From positions 29,841 to 93,840 of the forward strand of contig NZ_QXGJ01000007.1 of NCBI RefSeq assembly GCF_003952005.1: a stretch of 64,000 nucleotides of DNA, read 5' to 3'. Position numbers and translations under genes: made by a program. Source of the stretch: Bifidobacterium callimiconis. GTDB lineage: Bacteria; Actinomycetota; Actinomycetes; Actinomycetales; Bifidobacteriaceae. A model generated the notes under the pieces. That model was not told the DNA's origin and did not search any database. It saw only the letters and a program-made list of their open reading frames with translations. This document shows, piece by piece, positions 28,624-36,630 of the stretch; position 1 is the first letter of the stretch, and every line of letters begins with the position of its first letter.

Positions 28624-30450
28624 ATGCCTTTTGAATCCCTCTACCCCCGCGTCACCGCCACCCGCCGCATGCAGAGCATGAACGGCTCTTGGGACTTCCA
28701 GTTCGACCCCGAATCCAAGGGCGTGGCCGAGGGCTGGACCAAGGGTCTGCCGAACCCGACCGACATGCCGGTTCCGGCAAGCTTCGCCGACGTGTTCACC
28801 GACAAGTACTCCCGTGAGTACACCGGCGACTTCTGGTACGTCACCACCCTGTTCGTGCCGGGCGAGTGGAAGGACGGCAGCGTCGACATCCGCTTCGACT
28901 CCGCCACCCACGCCGCCACCGTGTACGTCAACGGCACCGAGGTCGCGCATCACGAGGGCGGATTCCTGCCGTTCGTCGCGCACATCAACGACGCCGTCAA
29001 GTGGAACGACTACAACATCGTGGCCGTCAAGCTCAACAACGAACTGAGCTGGCAGACCCTGCCGGTCGGCGAGACCTATCGTCTGCCCGACGGCACGCTC
29101 GTCAGCGCACCGTACTTCGACTTCTACAACTACTCCGGTCTGCAGCGCAACGTGAACCTGCTGTACACGCCGAACGAGCGCATCGAGGATCTGGACGTCG
29201 TGCACCACATCGACGGCTCCGACGCCCACGTCGACTACACGGTGGCCACCTCCGGCGATCATGACGTCGAGGTCGTCGTGCTCGACGAGGACGGCGTCGA
29301 GGTCGCCCTCGCCAACGGCAAGCAGGGCACGCTCGACATCAAGGACGTGCACCTGTGGAACCTGCGCGCCGCCTACCTGTACAAGTTCGTCGTACGCATC
29401 AAGGACGGCGACACTGTCATCGACGAGTACTTCGACGAGATCGGCATCCGCACGGTCGAGGTGAAGGACTGCAAGATCCTGGTCAACGGCCGCGAGGTCT
29501 ACCTCAAGGGCTTCGGCCGCCACGAGGACTCCAACGTGCACGGCCGCGGCTTCGACGCGGTGATGAACAAGCGCGACTACGAGGACATGAAGTGGATCGG
29601 CGCGAACTCGTTCCGCACCTCTCACTACCCGTACGCCGAGGAGCAGCTGTACGAGGCCGACCGCGACGGCTTCTTCGTGATCGACGAGGCCCCGACCGTG
29701 GGCATGTTCAAGTCCACGATGAACTTCCTGGGCGCGTCCGGTGCCGTCGGCAACGACAAGCCGAAGACCTTCTTCGAGGAGGAGTCGGTGCAGACCGAGA
29801 CCCTGGCCATTCACCGCCGCACCCTCGAGGAGATGGTGGCCCGCGACAAGCGTCATGCCTCCGTGTGCGCGTGGAGCCTGCTCAACGAGCCCGACACCAC
29901 GAACGAGGCGGCCGTGCCGTACTTCGAGTCCATCTTCGATCTGGTGGCCGAGATCGATACGCAGAAGCGTCCGAAGACCTATGCCTCGATCATGATGTCC
30001 CCGGCCGGCGTGGACAAGACCCATCACGTGGCCGACTTCCTGATGCTCAACCGCTACCACGGCTGGTACGTCAACGGCGGCTACGCGATCTCCAAGGGCA
30101 CGATCGAGATGAAGGCCGAGCTCGAGAAGTGGCACGAGCTGGAGCCGACCAAGCCGATCATGTTCTCCGAGTACGGCGCCGACACCATGGCCGGCATCCA
30201 CAAGCTGCCGAGCGTGATGTGGAGCGAGGAGTACCAGGTCGAGGTCATGAAGATGTGGGCCGAGATCTTCGACTCCTACGACTGGATCGTCGGCGAGCAG
30301 CCGTGGAACCTCAACGACTTCCAGACCACCGAGGGCATCATGCGCGTGGACGGCAACAAGAAGGGCCTGTTCACCCGCGACCGCCAGCCGAAGATGGCCG
30401 CGTTCTTCCTCAAGGACCGCTGGACCGCCATCCCCGACTACAAGGCCTGA
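28624..30450 (+). CDS. uidA: beta-glucuronidase (GH2)
   Basis: Co-linear with E. coli GusA along the whole length, aligned from memory (NGSWDF/ GLWAF; WY…; DAVTHY/DSATHA; NNELSWQT; ANSFRTSHYPYAEE; WS..NEP; F/ITEYGADT; GNKKGIFTRDRQPK). Confidence 0.9.
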   Translation: MPFESLYPRVTATRRMQSMNGSWDFQFDPESKGVAEGWTKGLPNPTDMPVPASFADVFTDKYSREYTGDFWYVTTLFVPGEWKDGSVDIRFDSATHAATVYVNGTEVAHHEGGFLPFVAHINDAVKWNDYNIVAVKLNNELSWQTLPVGETYRLPDGTLVSAPYFDFYNYSGLQRNVNLLYTPNERIEDLDVVHHIDGSDAHVDYTVATSGDHDVEVVVLDEDGVEVALANGKQGTLDIKDVHLWNLRAAYLYKFVVRIKDGDTVIDEYFDEIGIRTVEVKDCKILVNGREVYLKGFGRHEDSNVHGRGFDAVMNKRDYEDMKWIGANSFRTSHYPYAEEQLYEADRDGFFVIDEAPTVGMFKSTMNFLGASGAVGNDKPKTFFEEESVQTETLAIHRRTLEEMVARDKRHASVCAWSLLNEPDTTNEAAVPYFESIFDLVAEIDTQKRPKTYASIMMSPAGVDKTHHVADFLMLNRYHGWYVNGGYAISKGTIEMKAELEKWHELEPTKPIMFSEYGADTMAGIHKLPSVMWSEEYQVEVMKMWAEIFDSYDWIVGEQPWNLNDFQTTEGIMRVDGNKKGLFTRDRQPKMAAFFLKDRWTAIPDYKA

Positions 30451-30472
30451 CGCCCGCGCCCTTCCCGCTGCA

Positions 30473-30895
30473 TGCTCCCTCCTCGGGCCATCCCTTCGTG
30501 CTCCCTATGTGGAGAGGCCGCGCAGCGACTCCATCTCTCCGCGCTCTCTCCCAAGGGCGTCTGCCAGCGGCCTCATCTCTCCGTGCTCCCTCCTCGGGAG
30601 GGAGCTGGCCGGCGTAGCCGGACTGAGGGAGGGTTTCGGCCCTATTCCCACCTCATCCGTCGGCTGACGCCGCCACCTTCCCCTCAAGGGGAAGGATGAA
30701 GGAGGAATGACCTGGCTTCCCCTTAAGGGGAAGCTGGCAGCAAGGGGAAGGATGAAGGAAGGACGACTTGGCTTCCCCTTAAGGGGAAGCTGGCAGCCGA
30801 AGGCTGACTGATGAGGTGCAGCGCTTTCACCCGATGATGTTGTTGCGCTCCCTCCCAGGGGCTGACCGGCGTAGTGAGGGGGTCACACCCTCACC
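30473..30895. repeat. large repeat cluster (family-A units + family-C hairpin array)
   Basis: Read directly. Confidence 0.8.
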
Positions 30896-30906
30896 TCTTT
30901 AAAAAT

Positions 30907-30923
30907 TGGAAAATAATGGAAAG
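30907..30923 (+). promoter_or_regulatory. TGGAAAA-N3-TGGAAAG motif (site g)
   Basis: tggaaaataatggaaag, directly after the repeat cluster; followed by a ~500-bp lower-GC non-coding stretch. Confidence 0.35.
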
Positions 30924-31430
30924 CCGTTGTTCTTGCGACGGCGGCTTCCCTACGATACGAAGTAGTTCGGTTCGAATAACGGCGTTCACCTTCCATGCCC
31001 GTCATTCTCCGATCTACTTCCCCTGATTTTGTCCGCAATGCCAGGGCGGGCAACAGTGAATGGACGGCGATGCCGTGGACCAGCTTGGAGGCCAGGTCCC
31101 GGTATCGTCGTCCTTTCTTTTTGCGCCGCGTCCACGTCGGCACATCCACGTCGTCGCGTCCGTATGGTCCGTATGTCGAAATCTGCCCGCGAATACGTCT
31201 TACTATGCGAAAACTTCCGCTCTTTACATCACCAAACCTCCGTTTTCGCGTCGATTTTCGTCCTTTTGACGCTGTGAATTGCGGATTTCGGGTATTTGGC
31301 GCCCCGAATTTCTCCCACCCTTGCCGAGTGCGATATCAAAGTGATATCATTTTGGTATCAGATGATCCGGTTTGCCGAAGCTCGTCGACCGGGATGACGT
31401 GCATCGGCGCGGATCGCGATAGGAAAGTGG

Positions 31431-32570
31431 GTGGTTGCAATGGGAAAGAACGGCGACGCCAACAAAGGTGGCGTCGGCATGGACGGAGCCAACAAGAATG
31501 ACAAGGCCATCGACCGCGTGAGCGGGGGAGTGGCGACTTCGGTCTCGACCCCGACCGTGGAACGTGAGGGCAGGGCCGGAAACGGCTGGAAGGCGCTCGC
31601 GTGGTCCCTGATCGGTTGGGTGGTGTCCATCGCGTTCATCGTCGCCGGTTCGACGACGATGGGCTCCGCAGAGAAGGGCGACGTGCCGTTTGTCATCGGT
31701 GTCGTGCTGCTGATCGTCGGCATCGTCGCGGTGGTCGCCATGACCATTCCGATGAGTGGATTCTTCACGCTGCAGCCCAACGAGGCGCGTGTGCTCGTAC
31801 TGTTCGGCGAATACCGCGGCACGGTGCGCGGCACTGGCTTCTACTGGGCGAACCCGTTCTATTCGCGTACGCTGCGGCCCGCCGATGCCGGAGAATCCGT
31901 CGAGGAAATGGCGGGCAAGGGCGGTAAAGGCAAGACCAAGGCCGATGCACCCGCAGGGATTTCGGCCAAGATCTCGTTGAGGGCCCGTACGCTCAACGGC
32001 CCGAAGCTCAAGGTCAACGATCGCAACGGCAATCCGATCGAGATCGCGAACGTGATCGTCTGGCGTGTGGTCGACACCGCCAAGGCCGTGTTCGACGTCG
32101 ATCAATACGATCAGTTCGTGACCACGCAGTCCGAGACCGCGCTGCGTCACGTGGCCAGTCGATATGCCTACGATCACAATGCGGAAAGCGATGATGCCGC
32201 CGCCGGTGAGATCACGTTGCGCTCAAATATTTCGGAAGTGTCCGAAGCGCTGAAGGAGGAGCTTGCCGAACGTCTGGCTCCGGCCGGCATCGCCATCGAC
32301 GACGCGCGACTGACCCACTTGGCGTACGCGCCCGAGATCGCGCAGGTGATGCTGCGCCGTCAGCAGGCCGAGGCGATCATCGCCGCGCGCACCAAGATCG
32401 TGCAGGGTGCGGTGAGCATGGTCGACATGGCGCTCAAGGAACTGGAACGTGATGGCGTGGTCGATCTCGACGAGGAGCGCAAGGCCGCCATGGTCTCGAA
32501 CCTCATGGTGGTGCTCTGCGGCGACAGCGATCCCCAGCCCGTGGTCAACGCCGGCACCCTCTACAACTGA
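31431..32570 (+). CDS. SPFH/band-7 (stomatin/prohibitin-like) membrane protein
   Basis: N-terminal TM helices then SPFH-like core (…NPIEIANVIVWRVVDTAKAVFDV…); exact start (GTG 31431 / ATG 31440) uncertain. Confidence 0.65.
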   Translation: MVAMGKNGDANKGGVGMDGANKNDKAIDRVSGGVATSVSTPTVEREGRAGNGWKALAWSLIGWVVSIAFIVAGSTTMGSAEKGDVPFVIGVVLLIVGIVAVVAMTIPMSGFFTLQPNEARVLVLFGEYRGTVRGTGFYWANPFYSRTLRPADAGESVEEMAGKGGKGKTKADAPAGISAKISLRARTLNGPKLKVNDRNGNPIEIANVIVWRVVDTAKAVFDVDQYDQFVTTQSETALRHVASRYAYDHNAESDDAAAGEITLRSNISEVSEALKEELAERLAPAGIAIDDARLTHLAYAPEIAQVMLRRQQAEAIIAARTKIVQGAVSMVDMALKELERDGVVDLDEERKAAMVSNLMVVLCGDSDPQPVVNAGTLYN

Positions 32571-32582
32571 CCTTCCCCAGGT

Positions 32583-32972
32583 TCCCCCTCAGCCCGCCAT
32601 GCGGCGGCCGGCTCCCCTCAGCGAGGGGAGCCCATGGGGTTTGGGTACGTAGAGGCTTATGACAAATACTCGTGGCTTTCCTCTCTGAGGGGGCAGCCTC
32701 CACTACTCCGGCTCCCTCCTCGAGGGGAGCTGCCGGCAAAGCCGACTGAGGGGAGTGGTGGGTTCATTCTCGTATGGTCGGATTCTCCCCTCAGTCCGCC
32801 GTACGGCGGCCGGCTCCCCTCCAAGAGGGGAGCCACGGGTGCTGAATCTCTTACTTGTCGGCAAGCCTCAACATACCCGAGCCGCGGGTGTTGTGCCTGT
32901 CGGTTCCATTGCAGTGGCTTCCCTTCCTGAGGGGAGCTGTCTGCGTAGCAGACTGAGGAGAGCTGGCACCTC
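32583..32972. repeat. family-B repeat cluster (ctcccctca…gaggggagc nested palindromes, ≥5 units)
   Basis: Read directly. Confidence 0.8.
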
Positions 32973-33208
32973 GAAACCCCTCGCATCCCGTCGATTCCAA
33001 CATGTTCCGGCATCGAGCGCCGCAAGCGCCCAACCGCTCCGCCGGCCGCGCTAAACTATAGAGCTCGTCCGCACGGAGTCTGTCGGTTCGCAGCCGGACG
33101 CCGTCATGCCGTCCGGACTCGTCCGCGACCATGCTCGACGAGTGCGCGCACCTTCCGTGCGTTCTCATCCCCGGTATCCCCGGTTCCAATCTCGGAAAGG
33201 AGACATCA

Positions 33209-33391
33209 TTGGCGAAGAAGCAATACCCGCTGAGGGTGGATCCCGAGCTGTGGGCCGCCGCGGAACGCTGGGCCTCCGACGAACTGCGCTCGGTGAACGG
33301 CCAAATGGAGTTCATCATCCGCGACTCCCTCAAGCGTGCCGGCCGACTCCCCAAGGATCTCCCGCCGACCCGCACCAATTCCCGCCATTAG
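33209..33391 (+). CDS. Arc/MetJ-type ribbon-helix-helix DNA-binding protein (60 aa, TTG start)
   Basis: KKQYPLRVDPELWAAAERWASDELRSVNGQMEFIIRDSLKRAGRL aligns with phage P22 Arc (PQFNLRWPREVLDLVRKVAEENGRSVNSEIYQRVMESFKKEGRI); RBS aaggaga 5 nt before TTG. Confidence 0.5.
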   Translation: MAKKQYPLRVDPELWAAAERWASDELRSVNGQMEFIIRDSLKRAGRLPKDLPPTRTNSRH

Positions 33392-33427
33392 CTGCGCTCT
33401 GCAACGTCCGGCATGGCCGTGCATTGA

Positions 33428-33479
33428 CGTGCTCCCTCCGAGGGAGGGAGCTGTCGGGCGAACGCCCGACTGAGGGAGG
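33428..33479. repeat. family-A repeat unit
   Basis: gtgctccctccgagggagggagctgtcgggcgaacgcccgactgagggaggg. Confidence 0.8.
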
Positions 33480-33559
33480 GATTCAAGAGCTGCCAAGCCG
33501 CAGAATCACCGACTCCCGCCTCTAACCAAACTCCCCGCCGCCAACCTCGCTCACTTCAC

Positions 33560-33831
33560 CCCAACTCCCCGCAACACTCCGGGCGTGTCGCAAACTTGCG
33601 CTCGTCCATCCCCATGGTGTATAGTCCAAGTTTTGTAAACCACAGACCGTTGGTTGGAGCCGCAAGGTTCCCGAAGATTGCCAGCGCAGGTTGAGAAACA
33701 ACGCCTTGGATTCAAGGTGCCGTGATGCACGCATGCGTCACAATGCTTGTTCGCTCCGCCTGTGCGCGGGGCTTTTTTATTGCTCTCATGGCTTTCCGGA
33801 ACAACTCACGGCCGAATTAGGAAGGAACGCC
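33560..33831 (+). promoter_or_regulatory. rplJ (L10) 5' leader / autoregulatory region (probable)
   Basis: ~270-nt untranslated region upstream of rplJ, by position and by analogy with bacterial L10 leaders; structure not verified. Confidence 0.35.
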
Positions 33832-34353
33832 ATGTTAAGGCCCGAAAAGGCTGAGGTCATCGCACAGCTTACGGAGCAGTTCCGTAACGCCGACGCCGTG
33901 TACCTCACTGAGTACCGCGGGCTGAGCGTGCCGCAGATCTCCGATCTGCGCGAAAAGCTGGGCCGCGATACTTCCTACACTGTGGCGAAGAACACGCTTG
34001 CTCGTATCGCTGCGAAGGAAGCCGGCATCGAAGGCCTCGAGGATCTCCTCAAGGGCCCGACCGCTGTGACTTTCGTCTCCGGTGACTACGTCGAGGCCGC
34101 CAAGGTCCTGCGTGATTTCGCCAAGGACAACAAGCAGCTCGTCGTCAAGGGCGGCTTCGCCGATGGCACCGTGTACGATGCCGAAGGCGTTACCAAGCTC
34201 GCCGACCTCGAATCCCGCCCGGTCCTCCTGTCCAAGATCGCGTACTCCCTCAAGGCTGTACAGACCAAGACCGCTCAGCTGTTCGTCGCTCTGCCCACCA
34301 AGGCGGTGCGCACCGTGGACGCTCTGCGCGAAAAGCAGGAGAAGGCCGCCTGA
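33832..34353 (+). CDS. rplJ: 50S ribosomal protein L10
   Basis: MLRPEKAEVIAQLTEQFRNADAVYLTEYRGLSVPQISDLREKLG…; RBS ggaagga. Confidence 0.9.
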   Translation: MLRPEKAEVIAQLTEQFRNADAVYLTEYRGLSVPQISDLREKLGRDTSYTVAKNTLARIAAKEAGIEGLEDLLKGPTAVTFVSGDYVEAAKVLRDFAKDNKQLVVKGGFADGTVYDAEGVTKLADLESRPVLLSKIAYSLKAVQTKTAQLFVALPTKAVRTVDALREKQEKAA

Positions 34354-34475
34354 TTCGCATTCTCCTAGGTTCCCTAGGACTGCGACTCGCCGCTTAAAGA
34401 AACAAAAAAATTTTGGTTGGTCGGTGATTTCAAGACCTTAACAAACCGACCGCCGCTGAATGAAAGGAAGCCATA

Positions 34476-34856
34476 ATGGCTAAGCTCAGCAACGAAGAGC
34501 TCCTGGAAGCTTTCGGTGAAATGACCCTCGTCGAGCTCTCCGAGTTCGTGAAGGCCTTCGAGGAGAAGTTCGACGTCGAGGCTGCCGCTCCGGCCGCCGT
34601 CGCCGTTGCCGCCGCTCCGGGCGCTGCCCCGGCCGAGGAAGAGAAGGATGAGTTCGACGTCATCCTCTCCGCCGTTGGCGACAAGAAGATCCAGGTCATC
34701 AAGGCCGTGCGCGCTCTGACCTCCCTGGGTCTGGCCGAGGCCAAGGCTCTCGTGGACGGCGCTCCGAAGGCCGTTCTCGAGGGTGCCAAGAAGGAAGACG
34801 CCGAGAAGGCCAAGGCTCAGCTGGAAGAGGCTGGCGCCACCGTCGAGCTCAAGTAA
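34476..34856 (+). CDS. rplL: 50S ribosomal protein L7/L12
   Basis: [34 protein letters not shown]…[27 protein letters not shown]…. Confidence 0.95.
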   Translation: MAKLSNEELLEAFGEMTLVELSEFVKAFEEKFDVEAAAPAAVAVAAAPGAAPAEEEKDEFDVILSAVGDKKIQVIKAVRALTSLGLAEAKALVDGAPKAVLEGAKKEDAEKAKAQLEEAGATVELK

Positions 34857-35065
34857 TGATGGCGGCGTGAGCCGCGCATATTACATATGCTTGTTGGAAC
34901 CCCGTTCCGTGTTCATGCACGGGACGGGGTTCCTGTATTTCCGCACAATGTATTTCCGCACAATGTGCAGATGTGCGACGCGTCCGTCGTTCCACCGCAA
35001 ATAATTCGGGAAGCCATGACACAATAGTGTTTGAGTGTCGTTTTGGGTTAGAGGAGGCATACGCT

Positions 35066-36619
35066 GTGAGTGATCAGCAATGGCTAATCAGGGTCAATGG
35101 CGTCGACGAATTGCGTGTCGATGCGGGGCAGACCGTGGTGATCGGCCGTAAGCCCCTGCGCCCCATGGCAGCGGAGCAGGGGACGATCCGTCTGGATGTG
35201 GAGGACACGACCAAATCGATGTCGAAACGTCACGCCCGTTTCGAGGTGGCGGACAATCTCAGCGCCAAACTTGAAGACACCGGCTCCACGAATGGTACGT
35301 ATGTGGTTCGCGACGACGGCGAACTCATGCGTATTCCCGCCGGTCAGGCGTTCATGCTGCCGCGTTCTCCCATGCGATTCCAGTTTGGCGACGTTCCGGT
35401 GGATTTTCTGAAGGTGCAGGCCGAGGCGCCGAACCGTCAGGTGACCGATCTGTTCTCATTCGCCGCGCCGGGCGGCCAGCAGAACGTCGATGCCGCGTCG
35501 ATGAGCGTGGATGACATTCTTGATCTTCGCGCCGGTGAACCCACTGGTCTGTTGAACACCAATACCGTGCGCAGCCGTATCGATGCGTTGCATGATCGTG
35601 CCGTGGCCGATCAGCTGCGACAGGGGCGTGGCACCGGCGGTTTCGTGGGCGGCTGGCTGAACGCGAATGGTCAGCCAACCGGGCAGCCGGCGTCCATCCA
35701 GCCGGTGTTCACCGCCAATCGCGCGGCACAGCAGCAGCCGATCGCACAGCAGCCGGACCAGCAGCAGGCCGTGGTGCGTGACACGCAGCCGCTGCAGCAG
35801 AACGTACAGCAGGCGCCGAACGCACAGTCCAGTACGCCGCAGTCCAGTACGCCGCAGTCCGATCTGCAGCAGGCCGCCGCGCAGAACATCGCGGACGACA
35901 CCGCGCGCGATGCATCGGATGAACCGGTGCAGCCGGCAACCGTCGCCGTGAATCCGAACGTCGGCATCGTGGCAAACGATGCGAATGCCGTCGCGGCAAA
36001 CACCGCCGTAGGCGCCGCGGAAAATCCGTCCGAATCCATCCCCGCGACGACTCCCGAGGGCGGCGTGTCTATCACGGCCACGACGCCCGCCGCAACCGAT
36101 GCGGTCGACGTGCCCGTCATGCAGGAGCGACCCGAACGTCAACCCGAACCGCGCGATCTGTTCCAGGACGCCGCAGCGGCCCGTCGCAGCACTGCCGAAC
36201 GAGTGAGCGCCCTGCCCGTCATCGATGCGAGCGGTGGCGTGATCGGCGGAGGCATGCGTCCGAACGCCGCTCTGGAACAGGCCGCCGCAGCCGATCACGG
36301 TCCGGCACCTCGTACCGCGTTCACTCCGGTATTCGAAGCCGGATCCGTCTTCGAACGGCTGTCTCGCGGCGAACTCAACCAGCCCGAGCCCACCATCGAG
36401 GTGGACGGCTTCACTTCGGATCAGGCCAAGACGTCGCGTAACTTCGACGAACAGTTCGACATGGCCAACCATCCCGAGCTGCTGCCGTTCCTGGCGATGA
36501 ACCCCGCGCTGTACCCCGATCTGTACGCGTGGCTGGAACTGCAGGGCAACGATGACATCGACCAGGCGCTGAGCAACAACAGCGGCTATCAGGAATTCAA
36601 GGCCGCCAAAGAGGAGTAG
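35066..36619 (+). CDS. FHA-domain protein with long Gln/Pro/Ala/Thr-rich low-complexity C-terminal region
   Basis: FHA core (…VVIGRKP…RLDVEDTTKSMSKRHARFEV…EDTGSTNGTYV…); RBS gaggagg then GTG 35066. Confidence 0.7.
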   Translation: MSDQQWLIRVNGVDELRVDAGQTVVIGRKPLRPMAAEQGTIRLDVEDTTKSMSKRHARFEVADNLSAKLEDTGSTNGTYVVRDDGELMRIPAGQAFMLPRSPMRFQFGDVPVDFLKVQAEAPNRQVTDLFSFAAPGGQQNVDAASMSVDDILDLRAGEPTGLLNTNTVRSRIDALHDRAVADQLRQGRGTGGFVGGWLNANGQPTGQPASIQPVFTANRAAQQQPIAQQPDQQQAVVRDTQPLQQNVQQAPNAQSSTPQSSTPQSDLQQAAAQNIADDTARDASDEPVQPATVAVNPNVGIVANDANAVAANTAVGAAENPSESIPATTPEGGVSITATTPAATDAVDVPVMQERPERQPEPRDLFQDAAAARRSTAERVSALPVIDASGGVIGGGMRPNAALEQAAAADHGPAPRTAFTPVFEAGSVFERLSRGELNQPEPTIEVDGFTSDQAKTSRNFDEQFDMANHPELLPFLAMNPALYPDLYAWLELQGNDDIDQALSNNSGYQEFKAAKEE

Positions 36620-36630
36620 AGACGAACACC

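Noticed and set aside
30995-31501. 168-aa ORF in the region upstream of the SPFH gene
   Set aside because: It has an Arg/Pro/Ser-rich nonsense-like composition and lies in a lower-GC non-coding stretch without an RBS. This is more likely a promoter or leader region for the SPFH gene.
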